Positions 46,999-55,633 of a stretch of DNA of 64,000 nt are shown here, one piece after another. Made by a program: the position numbers and the translations under genes. Source of the stretch: Candidatus Lindowbacteria bacterium RIFCSPLOWO2_12_FULL_62_27 (GTDB taxonomy: Bacteria > Lindowbacteria > 2-12-FULL-62-27); assembly GCA_001784175.1 (NCBI GenBank), contig MFPR01000026.1:62001-126000 (forward strand), given 5' to 3'. The notes under the pieces are model-generated. The model was not told the DNA's origin. It saw only the letters and a list, made by a program, of their open reading frames with translations, and made no database searches. The stretch's first letter is position 1. Each line of letters opens with the position of its first letter.

Positions 46999-47087
46999 CT
47001 TAACTTATCGGCACGCACCCCTCGTAACTCATGCATGCAGAATACATGAGAATGTCAGACCGTATGGACTTGTCGGTATTCCGGAGT

Positions 47088-47115
47088 ACTGTACTATTCC
47101 CAACGCGAATGTCAA
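47088..47115 (-). promoter_or_regulatory. Possible sigma70-type promoter of the pilM operon
   Basis: Minus-strand TTGACA(47115-47110)-N16-TACAGT(47093-47088). Confidence 0.4.
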
Positions 47116-47174
47116 TCAAAAAGTGCGAGAAAATTGGCGCACCCTGCGCTCCCGTGCGCACCCGGGAAAGCGGA

Positions 47175-47203
47175 TTGACAAAGCTCTTTTCTCAAACCAC
47201 AAT
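47175..47203 (+). promoter_or_regulatory. Sigma70-type promoter of the NCS1-HIT genes
   Basis: TTGACA(47175-47180)-N17-CACAAT(47198-47203). AAGGAGG SD before the TTG at 47242. Confidence 0.6.
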
Positions 47204-47241
47204 CTCCGGCCGAACTTAAATGCTATTGAAGGAGGCACGGG

Positions 47242-49017
47242 TTGGCCCACACTCGGGAAGAACACGGGCTGGTTGAACTGACCGAACCACTGCCGCTAAA
47301 TTCGCTGACCAATGCGGACATCGCGCCGACCCCGATCGCCGCGCGCACCTGGAACTGGTGGCACATCGCGTCCCTCTGGGTCGGGCTGGCTGTCTGCATC
47401 CCCACGTACATGCTGGCGGCCGGACTGATCACGGCCGGGATGAGCTGGGGACAGGCGGTCGGCACGATCCTTCTCGGAAACGCCATCGTCCTCGTGCCCA
47501 TGATGCTCAACGCCCACGCCGGCACACGCTACGGCGTTCCTTTTCCCGTCCTCATCCGCGCGTCCTTTGGACTGTCCGGCGCGCACATCCCGTCCTTGTC
47601 CCGCGCGGTCGTCGCCTGCGGGTGGTTTGGCATCCAGACGTGGGTGGGCGGCAAGGCGATTTACGAGCTGGTCAAGCTCGTGTATCCCGACATCGCGGGC
47701 TGGGGCGAGGGGCTGCGAGCGACCTTCGGCATCAACGGCGGGGAACTTGCGTGTTTTCTCGCGTTCTGGGCCGTCCACATGTGGTTCGTCTATGCGGGGA
47801 CCGAATCGATCAAGTGGTTGGAGACGGCATCGGCGCCGATTTTGATTCTCGTCGGCGTCTGCCTCCTGGTATGGGCAGTGCAGGAAGGCGGCGGACTCGG
47901 AACGGTCCTCGACAAAAGCCACCTGTTTACGAAACCGTCGCTTGTCGCGTCCGCCCAGAACGGCGGGGTGGTCGCGGAACTCAGCGTCCTCGCGAACCCC
48001 GACGGAAGTCCCCGCGCCAGAGAAATGCGGTATGCCGGTTCTGCCGCGGATCTTGCGGAGCAGCCATGGACGCCGGTTGAATCACGGTTTTCCGCCGCCC
48101 TGCCGGTGGACGCCACGCAGATCGTCGTCGAGATTCGGGACGGCGCCGGCCACAGCGCCGTGCTCACTGCGCCGGTCCGGGCCGCCGGTCAGACCGGCGG
48201 ATCGTGGCTTCTCACCGTCTTCTTCCCGCTCCTCACCGCCATGGTCGGATACTGGGCGACGCTCAGCCTCAATATTCCCGATCTCATGCGGTACGCGCGG
48301 TCGCAGAAGGACCAGGCGGTGGGGCAGATTCTGGGACTGCCCACGACGATGACGTTTTACGCCTTTGTCGGGATCGTCGCGACCTGCGCGTCGATCATCG
48401 TGTTTCCAGAGGTCCTGGTCCCGTCGCAGGCGCCGTGGGACCCGGTCGCGCTCCTCTCGCATTTCCAGCAGCCCGTTCTGCTGGCTGTCTCGCTCTTGTC
48501 GCTCGTCATCGCCACCATCACCACCAACATCGCCGCCAACGTCGTCGCGCCGGCCAACGGCATCTCCAATCTCGCGCCGGACAAGATTTCCTACAAGGTC
48601 GGCGGATACATCACCGGCGTCATCGGCATCCTGATGATGCCGTGGAAACTTCTTGAAAATGTCGGCGCCTACATCTTCACGTGGCTCATCGGATATTCGG
48701 CCCTCATGGGCGGCATCGCCGGCGTCATGATCTGCGATTACTGGTTCCTGCGCGGCGCACGCCTCGAGGTGCGGGACCTCTACCGCCCGGACGGCGTCTA
48801 TCCCAGATGGCGCTGGCAGGGCATCGTGGCGTTTGTGCTGGGGGTGCTGCCGAACGTTCCGGGATTTCTGCATGCGGCGTCGACGCCGGGCGGCCGCGTG
48901 GCGGACCCGGGGTTTTTTGATTCGGTGTACGCCTACGCGTGGTTCGTCAGTTTCGGCCTCTCATTTATTATATACGCGGTCCTCACAACCGGAGAGCGCC
49001 GGCGCCGGACGGCCTGA
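47242..49017 (+). CDS. NCS1-family nucleobase:cation symporter with an inserted soluble domain
   Basis: LTNADIAP...RTWNWW, YGVPFPVLIRASFG, ACGWFGIQTW, WATLSLNIPD and TTNIAANVVAPAN. Confidence 0.93.
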   Translation: MAHTREEHGLVELTEPLPLNSLTNADIAPTPIAARTWNWWHIASLWVGLAVCIPTYMLAAGLITAGMSWGQAVGTILLGNAIVLVPMMLNAHAGTRYGVPFPVLIRASFGLSGAHIPSLSRAVVACGWFGIQTWVGGKAIYELVKLVYPDIAGWGEGLRATFGINGGELACFLAFWAVHMWFVYAGTESIKWLETASAPILILVGVCLLVWAVQEGGGLGTVLDKSHLFTKPSLVASAQNGGVVAELSVLANPDGSPRAREMRYAGSAADLAEQPWTPVESRFSAALPVDATQIVVEIRDGAGHSAVLTAPVRAAGQTGGSWLLTVFFPLLTAMVGYWATLSLNIPDLMRYARSQKDQAVGQILGLPTTMTFYAFVGIVATCASIIVFPEVLVPSQAPWDPVALLSHFQQPVLLAVSLLSLVIATITTNIAANVVAPANGISNLAPDKISYKVGGYITGVIGILMMPWKLLENVGAYIFTWLIGYSALMGGIAGVMICDYWFLRGARLEVRDLYRPDGVYPRWRWQGIVAFVLGVLPNVPGFLHAASTPGGRVADPGFFDSVYAYAWFVSFGLSFIIYAVLTTGERRRRTA

Positions 49018-49026
49018 AGAGATACC

Positions 49027-49380
49027 GTGAGTTCCAAGCCCGACTGCCTGTTTTGCAGGATGGTCCGCGGTGAGATCGCGCCGAAGAAACTGTACGAGGA
49101 CGATCGCGTCCTCGCCTTTCATGACATCAGCCCGCAGGCGCCCGTCCATTTTCTCGTCATTCCCAAGTCTCACATCCCCACCACCAACGACGTGACGAAG
49201 GAAAATGCCGACGTTCTCTCGCATCTCTTTGCCGTCATTCCCAAACTCGCGAAAGAACAGGGCATCGACCAGGACGGGTACCGGCTTGTCATCAACTGCA
49301 ACCGCAACGCGCTCCAGACCGTCTTTCACATCCACGTCCACGTCCTCGGCGGCCGCGCCTTCTTGTGGCCCCCGGGCTGA
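49027..49380 (+). CDS. hinT: Histidine triad nucleotide-binding protein
   Basis: DCLFCRM, AFHDISPQAPVHFLVIPK and QTVFHIHVHVLGGR. Confidence 0.93.
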   Translation: MSSKPDCLFCRMVRGEIAPKKLYEDDRVLAFHDISPQAPVHFLVIPKSHIPTTNDVTKENADVLSHLFAVIPKLAKEQGIDQDGYRLVINCNRNALQTVFHIHVHVLGGRAFLWPPG

Positions 49381-50516
49381 CGGGCCGTTCGCAGACCTTC
49401 CATGAATCGGCCCGCCTTCAGGAGAGATTCCTCGTACTCTTTTCGCGGATCTGAATAGACCGTGATTCCGCCGCCGGCGGTGTAGCGCAGGCGCCGGCCG
49501 CGCAAGAGCGCCGTCCGGATCGTCACCGCAAACTCCATCCGGTCCCGGCCCACCCAGCCGGCCGCGCCGAACGATTCCGCGCGGTCGAAGGGCTCGATCC
49601 GGTCGATGATCTCGCAGGCCGCGATCTTCGGCGCGCCCGTCACCGATCCGGACGGAAACAGCGCCGCGATGATCTCGGGCAGGCCCGCGCGCCCCTTCAG
49701 CCGCCCGCGCACCCGGGAAAACAGATGCCGCAGGTACGGCAGGCGCATCTCCTTCGGCCCATCGGCGTGGATGCTTCCCGGCGCGCAGATTTTTCCGAGA
49801 TCGTTTCGAAACAGGTCCGTGATCATCAACAGCTCCGCGCGATCCTTGGCGCTCCGCAATAGGCCGCGATCCGCCGGCCCCGCCGTGCCTTTGATCGGCT
49901 CCGTCACGATCGATCCGGCGCGCACGGAAAAAAACAGTTCGGGCGAAAACGACAGGATCGTTCCGCCGGGCGTTCGCTCGAAAAATCCGTAGGCCGGACG
50001 CATGGCCCGGCACAGCCGCGCAAAAAGCGCCACCTCGTCCGGCGCGCGCTCAAACGCCCAGACCCATCGCTGGGACAGGTTGACCTCGAAGACGTTGCCG
50101 CGTCTCAGTTCCTCCTGGGCGGCCAGAATTTTCCGGGCATACGAAGCACGCGTGTCCGTCCGCGACGCCGGCTGGCTTGCCGGAATCCGGCCGGGCCCGT
50201 CGCCCGCGCGTAGAGGGCGCTCCACCCGGATGGCGCCGGCGCGGCGGAACATCAGATACGGAACGCCCCGGCCGTTCGACCGTGGCCTTCCCGTCAGGAT
50301 CGCCGGCCCCAGATCGTAACTGAGATGCCCGAACCATCCCGGCCCCCAGCTTCCGCGCGCGGGCGCCAGGGTCCGCCGGTCGGCCTCGATTTTCTCGAGA
50401 CAGACCATCGCGTCCTCTGTCGTCCACGCCACCATCTCGCGGTCGATGTCGACAGGCACGATCCGTACGCGCCGCCGTCCCGACCAGCGCTCAAACAAAA
50501 CGCTCTGTTCGATCAT
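49326..50516 (-). CDS. pabB: Chorismate-binding protein (aminodeoxychorismate synthase component I / anthranilate synthase family)
   Basis: GNVFEVNLS, SFSPELFF, EPIKGT, KDRAELLMITDLFRNDLG, FPSGSVTGAPKI, VTIRT and AGGGIT. The PIKGT motif favours PabB. Confidence 0.8.
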   Translation of the reverse strand: MIEQSVLFERWSGRRRVRIVPVDIDREMVAWTTEDAMVCLEKIEADRRTLAPARGSWGPGWFGHLSYDLGPAILTGRPRSNGRGVPYLMFRRAGAIRVERPLRAGDGPGRIPASQPASRTDTRASYARKILAAQEELRRGNVFEVNLSQRWVWAFERAPDEVALFARLCRAMRPAYGFFERTPGGTILSFSPELFFSVRAGSIVTEPIKGTAGPADRGLLRSAKDRAELLMITDLFRNDLGKICAPGSIHADGPKEMRLPYLRHLFSRVRGRLKGRAGLPEIIAALFPSGSVTGAPKIAACEIIDRIEPFDRAESFGAAGWVGRDRMEFAVTIRTALLRGRRLRYTAGGGITVYSDPRKEYEESLLKAGRFMEGLRTARQPGGHKKARPPRTWTWM

Positions 50517-50575
50517 GCTGCTCCCCCGCAGGCTTCCTTGACCTCGCCCGGCGGATGATACTACACTGGGCGATT

Positions 50576-51676
50576 ATGTCGACAACCTATCACGTCAACG
50601 ATTTTTTGAAGATGATGGTCGACAACGGCGCGTCCGACCTCATCCTCAAGACGGGCTCCGCGCCCGCGATGCGCATCAACCGGGCGCTGGTGAAAATTGA
50701 AATGGAGCCGCTGTCGCCCGACGCCATGGAGAAACTCTGCCTGAACATTACCGACTGGGACAAGGTCTCCAAGGTGAAGGCCGGCGAGGAACAGGACATG
50801 GCCTACAGCCTCGCCGGGGCCGGCCGGTTTCGCGTCAATATGTTCCGCCAGCGCGGGTCGCTCGGCATGGTGTTCCGGCACATCAAGGGCTATATCCCGA
50901 ACTTCGAGGAACTGATGCTGCCGCAGGTCATGTTCAACCTCTGCAATTTCCAGTACGGCATTTTCCTCGTGACCGGCACGACCGGCAGCGGCAAATCGAC
51001 GACGCTGGCCGCCATGGTCGATTACATCAACACCAGCATGGCCAAACACATCGTCACGATCGAGGACCCGATCGAGTACCTGCACAAGGACAAAATGAGC
51101 GTCGTCACCCAGCGCGAGATCGGGCTGGACACGATCAACTACGGGGCGGCCCTCAAATTCGTGCTCCGGCAGAACCCCGACATCATCCTCGTCGGGGAAA
51201 TGCGCGACAAGGAAACTGTCGACACGGCCTTCGCCGCCGCCGAAACCGGACACCTCGTCTTCTCCACCCTCCACACCGCCAACGCGCCGCAGACGATCGA
51301 ACGCATCCTTGAGTTTTATCAGGAGGTGGAGAAGGAGCGGATGCGAACGCTGATGTCCGAGTTTCTGGTCGCGGTCGTGTCCCAGAGGCTCGTGCCGAAG
51401 GCCGACGGCAAGGGCATGGTGCCGAACGTCGAGATCATGATTCAGACGCCGATCATCAAGAAACTCATCATCGACAACCGCGTCCCCAAACTCAAATCCG
51501 CCATCCACCAGGGTCGCCAGGAGGGACTGCAGACCTTCGACCAGTCCCTCGTCGATCTCTTCAACGCCGGCCTTATCTCCAACGACGAGGCCCGCATCCG
51601 CGCATCCAAACCCGCCGCATGGGAGCTGTACCTCAAAGGACACTTTCCGGACATCGACACGGGTATTCTGGGTTAG
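50576..51676 (+). CDS. PilT/PilU-family type IV pilus retraction ATPase
   Basis: ASDLILK, GRFRVNMFRQRG, Walker A GTTGSGKST, TIEDPIE, LRQNPDIILVGEMRD and AAETGHLVFSTLH. The AIRNLIRE position reads IIKKLIID, which is more PilU-like. Upstream TTGACC-N18-TACACT. Confidence 0.92.
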   Translation: MSTTYHVNDFLKMMVDNGASDLILKTGSAPAMRINRALVKIEMEPLSPDAMEKLCLNITDWDKVSKVKAGEEQDMAYSLAGAGRFRVNMFRQRGSLGMVFRHIKGYIPNFEELMLPQVMFNLCNFQYGIFLVTGTTGSGKSTTLAAMVDYINTSMAKHIVTIEDPIEYLHKDKMSVVTQREIGLDTINYGAALKFVLRQNPDIILVGEMRDKETVDTAFAAAETGHLVFSTLHTANAPQTIERILEFYQEVEKERMRTLMSEFLVAVVSQRLVPKADGKGMVPNVEIMIQTPIIKKLIIDNRVPKLKSAIHQGRQEGLQTFDQSLVDLFNAGLISNDEARIRASKPAAWELYLKGHFPDIDTGILG

Positions 51677-51687
51677 TCGGGAATTTG

Positions 51688-53301
51688 ATGAAACCGTGGT
51701 CCTCGGATTTCGCCGATTCTCCCGCCACGCTCAAGAACGTTCGGCCGCGCGAAAAACGCCCCCGCCTCCTCTCGGACGAAATTTATCTGCCTCCGGCGCC
51801 GTACGACCCGCATCACGGCTCGGCGCGGATTCTCCTCGTTTATCCGAACACCTATCATGTCGGCATGTCGAATCTGGGGTTTCTGTATCTCTACCGCCTC
51901 ATGAACGAAAATCCGGGCCTTGCGGTCGAACGGGCTTTTTTTGAAGACGGCCTTTCGCGCCGCAGTTTCGAAACGGCGTCGGATGTCGGCAAGTTCGACG
52001 CGATCCTCTTCACGCTGCCCTTTGAAATGGACGCGCTGAACATCGTGCGGTTCCTGCTGGAAAACGGCATTCCGCCGGCGATGGCGGATCGCGCCGGCGG
52101 GCGCTGGCCGCTGATCGGCGTGGGCGGCGCGGCGCCGACGTTGAACCCGAGGTTCCTCTTGCCATTCTGCGATTTCGTGTTCGCCGGCGACGTGGAGCCG
52201 GCCTTCGACCGGCTGGTGTCCGCCCTCGCCGGAATCCGCGCCGGATCGCCGGAGACGTTCATGCAGGAAATCGAAACCCTCCCGGGCGTGGTCACGTCGA
52301 GGATCGCCGAATCCGGGCGGCGGGTCCGCAAGCCGGAGATCACAGCGCCTCGCGGATGCTTCAACACGGTCGCGACGCCGAACACCGAATTTGCGCGCAG
52401 CCTCCTCGTCGAAATCGAGCGTGGATGCCCCTTCAAATGCCGGTTCTGTACCGTCGGCTACGAGCGCAAAAAAATCGTGGAACTTCCGCCCGACCGCATC
52501 GGCGAACTCGTCCGGCAGGCCGAAACGCATGGCCTGCGGTTCGGGATGGTCGGATCGGCCCTTCTGTCCGCGCGCATCTGGAAGACTGACCGGCAGGTGT
52601 GGGACGAGTCGGCGGTTGATTTTTCATTCGCGTCTTTGCGGGCCGACAAACTCAATGCGCAAAATCTCAAGTCCCTCGCAAAATTCCAGCGCTCCATCAC
52701 GCTGGCGCCGGAGGTCGGCACGATGCGCATGATGAAACTTATCAATAAACGCATGAACCTGGACGCGGCCCGCGAACGGCTTTCGATGGCGCGCGCCGAG
52801 GGCGTCCGCCAGGTCAAATTGTATTTCATCTACGGATTTCCATTTGAACTCGACGCCGACGTCGAAGGCATCGTCGATTTTTGCGCATCGGCCGTCCGGA
52901 CGGGCCTCCGGGTCCGGGCGAGCCTCAATCCCTTCATCCCCAAACCCCAAACGCCCCTCCAGTGGTTCCCCATGCAGCCCCTCCGGTCGCTCAAGGCGAA
53001 GTTCCGGTTTCTCCAGTCGCGCCTCCGCGCCGCCGGCGTGAGGGACGTGTCGGGATACAGCCCGCGCGAAGCGGTCCTCCAGGCATTCCTCATGTTCGCT
53101 GGCGAATCCGCCGCGCCCGACATCCTCGCGATGGCGCAAGGCGCCGGCCCGGCGGTCGATCGGCTCGATCGTGCGTGCGCTCTCAAATCGGCGGACGAGA
53201 ATTTCCCATGGGACATTCTAGAAACCACCATCCCGCGCTCAGAACTCTGGCGGGAGGCGTGTGAGATCGGTTTTCATCCCCCCTTGAAAAGGGGGGACTG
53301 A
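51688..53301 (+). CDS. Radical SAM protein with a B12-binding-like N-terminal region
   Basis: YPNTYHVGMSNLG, EIERGCPFKCRFC (CxxxCxxC), SITLAPE and FIPKPQTPLQW. Confidence 0.88.
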   Translation: MKPWSSDFADSPATLKNVRPREKRPRLLSDEIYLPPAPYDPHHGSARILLVYPNTYHVGMSNLGFLYLYRLMNENPGLAVERAFFEDGLSRRSFETASDVGKFDAILFTLPFEMDALNIVRFLLENGIPPAMADRAGGRWPLIGVGGAAPTLNPRFLLPFCDFVFAGDVEPAFDRLVSALAGIRAGSPETFMQEIETLPGVVTSRIAESGRRVRKPEITAPRGCFNTVATPNTEFARSLLVEIERGCPFKCRFCTVGYERKKIVELPPDRIGELVRQAETHGLRFGMVGSALLSARIWKTDRQVWDESAVDFSFASLRADKLNAQNLKSLAKFQRSITLAPEVGTMRMMKLINKRMNLDAARERLSMARAEGVRQVKLYFIYGFPFELDADVEGIVDFCASAVRTGLRVRASLNPFIPKPQTPLQWFPMQPLRSLKAKFRFLQSRLRAAGVRDVSGYSPREAVLQAFLMFAGESAAPDILAMAQGAGPAVDRLDRACALKSADENFPWDILETTIPRSELWREACEIGFHPPLKRGD

Positions 53302-53309
53302 GGGGGGTT
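53272..53309. repeat. REP-like palindromic element, copy 2 (inverted relative to 5041-5078)
   Basis: Matches copy 1 at 36 of 38 nt. It supplies the last codons and the stop of the radical SAM gene. Confidence 0.8.
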
Positions 53310-53449
53310 TCCGTATTTCACCGAACTTCTTTCACCCGGCTTGAGGATAGAAGTGTCATGAGGCGTATTGTTGCGCATGAACGCCGTCCTGAGCGGACGT
53401 GACCGAGTTTCTGGGTGCCGAAACCGCGCTTGCTCCGATAGGTCGAGAA

Positions 53450-53758
53450 TTATAGGATTGACAGGATATCTCTAGACCCGTGAAGAATTCGCCGTATTCT
53501 AACAGTGTGTTTCTGGACAACGTAAAAAACCAAATATTTTCCTATAACCAGGACTCGATATCCTTTTCTTTTGAGATAGGTATCTTTGGGTAGATGGCCA
53601 ATCAGAGGATGGACGGAGAGATTCTTTATTTTTAGATGTATTTTATCCATGTATTTCATTGCTCGTTCTTTACTATCGAGTGCGATATAGGCCGCGATTT
53701 CAAAGATGTCGCGCCTGGCGGCAGGTAGAAGAGCGATTCGGTACGGTTTAGAGACCAA
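53450..53758 (-). CDS. Type II toxin, RelE/ParE family
   Basis: YRIALLPAARRDIFEIAAYIA...GYRVLVIGKYLVFY...VRIRRILHGSRD. Overlaps the antitoxin stop. AT-rich. Confidence 0.9.
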   Translation of the reverse strand: MVSKPYRIALLPAARRDIFEIAAYIALDSKERAMKYMDKIHLKIKNLSVHPLIGHLPKDTYLKRKGYRVLVIGKYLVFYVVQKHTVRIRRILHGSRDILSIL

Positions 53759-54014
53759 GGTGCTTTTTTACATCCTTTATAACGTCGTCGAGTTCGTAGG
53801 TCGGTGCGCCGGCCGCATCCTCCGCCTCAGCGACCGCGAGTTTTTCGTATAGTTCCATTTTTGTGGTGATTTTTCTATAGTGGTCATAGCTCATTACCAC
53901 CATATTGCTTTCGCCGTTTTTGGTGATGATCACGGGTTCGTCTTTTTTGTGGACAAGCGTTGAGATATCTTTAAATCTGTTTCTTAGATCGGATATTGGT
54001 TTGACCGTGGCCAT
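53748..54014 (-). CDS. Type II antitoxin, Phd/YefM family
   Basis: VKPISDLRNRF...EPVIITKNG...VVMSYDHY, with an AGGAGG SD. Confidence 0.92.
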   Translation of the reverse strand: MATVKPISDLRNRFKDISTLVHKKDEPVIITKNGESNMVVMSYDHYRKITTKMELYEKLAVAEAEDAAGAPTYELDDVIKDVKKHLGL

Positions 54015-54044
54015 GTCCGCCTCCTATTTTTGTTGTTATTAGAT

Positions 54045-54068
54045 ATTATATCACAATTATGATAAAAT
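54045..54068 (-). promoter_or_regulatory. Toxin-antitoxin promoter/operator palindrome
   Basis: Imperfect palindrome ATTATATCACAATTATGATAAAAT (core TATCA-N6-TGATA) overlapping a minus-strand extended -10 box, TGATATAAT. Confidence 0.6.
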
Positions 54069-54155
54069 CAAATTCGTATCATGGTCTGCGGTCTGCGTCT
54101 GCGGCGTCATTCCGCAACATTGTAACGCGGGGACAGATCAAGGTATAGAGGGGGC

Positions 54156-55598
54156 ATGGCACTAGGCCCTCCGGCGGGAGGCTCGCGAGGTCGGGGCATG
54201 ATTCCATTCTGTCTGATCATACTTCTGGCCTCCGACCTCCCCGCACCGGCGGAGTGGCCGGCCGGGGACGAGCTGGCCGCGCTGGAACGCAAACTCCCGG
54301 TCCTCTACTGGGAGGGTGGGTGGGATTTGCGGGACGAGTTTGAGATGTTCATCCGCGACCATCCGGGCGAAACGGATATGGCCGCCCGGGCCCGGGCGCA
54401 CATGGGGGAATATTATTACAGCGTGAATGACAGCCCCCGCGCGTTGGAGATATTCCAATCGGTCGCGTTGCAATTCCCCGGAACATCCGGCGCGCGTCTG
54501 GCGCTCCTGCGCATTGCGGATCTGTACCGTTATCAGATGGAGGGGGATCATGTGGCCGCCTACGAGCGGGTGGCCCGTGATTTTCCGGGAACACGGGAGG
54601 CGGGAGAGGCCATCTGGAAACTGGCGCGCCACTTTCTTGCGGCAGGGCAATCCGATACGGCCGCGCGACTGTTCACGGAAGTGATCGACACGTATCCCTT
54701 GAACCATTTCGAAGTCGCCTGGTCTCACATGGAACTGGGGAATCTTGCCGGGTCCGGGGATGCGTTGCCGCATTACAGCCGCGGATTGGGCGTTTCGACG
54801 ACGGAAGACTACATCTTCAGGGAAATCATCGCCAGGGTGGTTGATGTTTCTTACGATGACGAAGCCTTTCTGTCGCACCAGTTGTACGGCCCGGCCGGGC
54901 CGGACGGGATCAGGGGTACGGACGACGACATGGACACCCCGGAAATAGCGTCGCCGCGCCCGATGGATTGGATGGAGTCCCAAATGCGTGCCGCGCCGGA
55001 CGACGCCTTACGGCGTGACATCGAGGCGCGTCTTCTTCGCCTGAAATTTTTCCTCGCCTTCAACCTAGGCGACGAAGAGCGCATCCGGCTCTACGAAACG
55101 CGCCTCGGGTCGATCTATTACGACCGCATGGCCTCTTCCGAGCTTTCGAAAGGGGAACGGGTCACAGCGCTGAAGGATTTCATGGCGTTGAAATTACGCC
55201 AATTCCGCACCGGATTGTTGCAGGACAAGGTTGCCCTTCCGGAGTCCGATCCGGCGGCGGTCGAGGACGTGCGGATGTGGATTCGGCGGCTGATGGACGT
55301 TTATGATGGCGACCCGGTGTACGACCTCTTGCTCGGCATGGAGTCGTCGCTCGATCCGCGCTCCGAATATCCGGCGTCCCAAGCACGCCCCGTCCAGGAC
55401 GGGAAAATCGACATCAACAGCGCCTCTCTGGACGACCTCACGCGGCTCCCCGGCATCGACGAGTACCGCGCGAAAATGATCGACGCCTACCGGTATACCT
55501 ATGGCCCCTTCGAAACGATCGACGATTTAAAACGGGTTCCTGACATCACCCCTGAGATTTACGGGAGAATCAAGGACCATGTTCGGATCGAGCCCTGA
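54156..55598 (+). CDS. TPR (BamD/YfiO-like) protein with a C-terminal ComEA-like HhH module
   Basis: TPR units (F..FIRDHP, FQSVALQFPGT, YERVARDFPGT). C-terminal GKIDINSASLDDLTRLPGIDEYRAKMIDAYRYTYGPF. A start at 54198 would give a short signal-like N-terminus. Confidence 0.75.
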   Translation: MALGPPAGGSRGRGMIPFCLIILLASDLPAPAEWPAGDELAALERKLPVLYWEGGWDLRDEFEMFIRDHPGETDMAARARAHMGEYYYSVNDSPRALEIFQSVALQFPGTSGARLALLRIADLYRYQMEGDHVAAYERVARDFPGTREAGEAIWKLARHFLAAGQSDTAARLFTEVIDTYPLNHFEVAWSHMELGNLAGSGDALPHYSRGLGVSTTEDYIFREIIARVVDVSYDDEAFLSHQLYGPAGPDGIRGTDDDMDTPEIASPRPMDWMESQMRAAPDDALRRDIEARLLRLKFFLAFNLGDEERIRLYETRLGSIYYDRMASSELSKGERVTALKDFMALKLRQFRTGLLQDKVALPESDPAAVEDVRMWIRRLMDVYDGDPVYDLLLGMESSLDPRSEYPASQARPVQDGKIDINSASLDDLTRLPGIDEYRAKMIDAYRYTYGPFETIDDLKRVPDITPEIYGRIKDHVRIEP

Positions 55599-55633
55599 CG
55601 ATTGTTTTGGGGCATGTTCAGTCCGACACGAAG

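Noticed and set aside
46883-47241. Riboswitch or ncRNA in the pilM-NCS1 intergenic region
   Set aside because: I could see only a short GC hairpin (~46913-46929) and no purine or c-di-GMP aptamer consensus. An Rfam/Infernal scan would be needed to exclude one.
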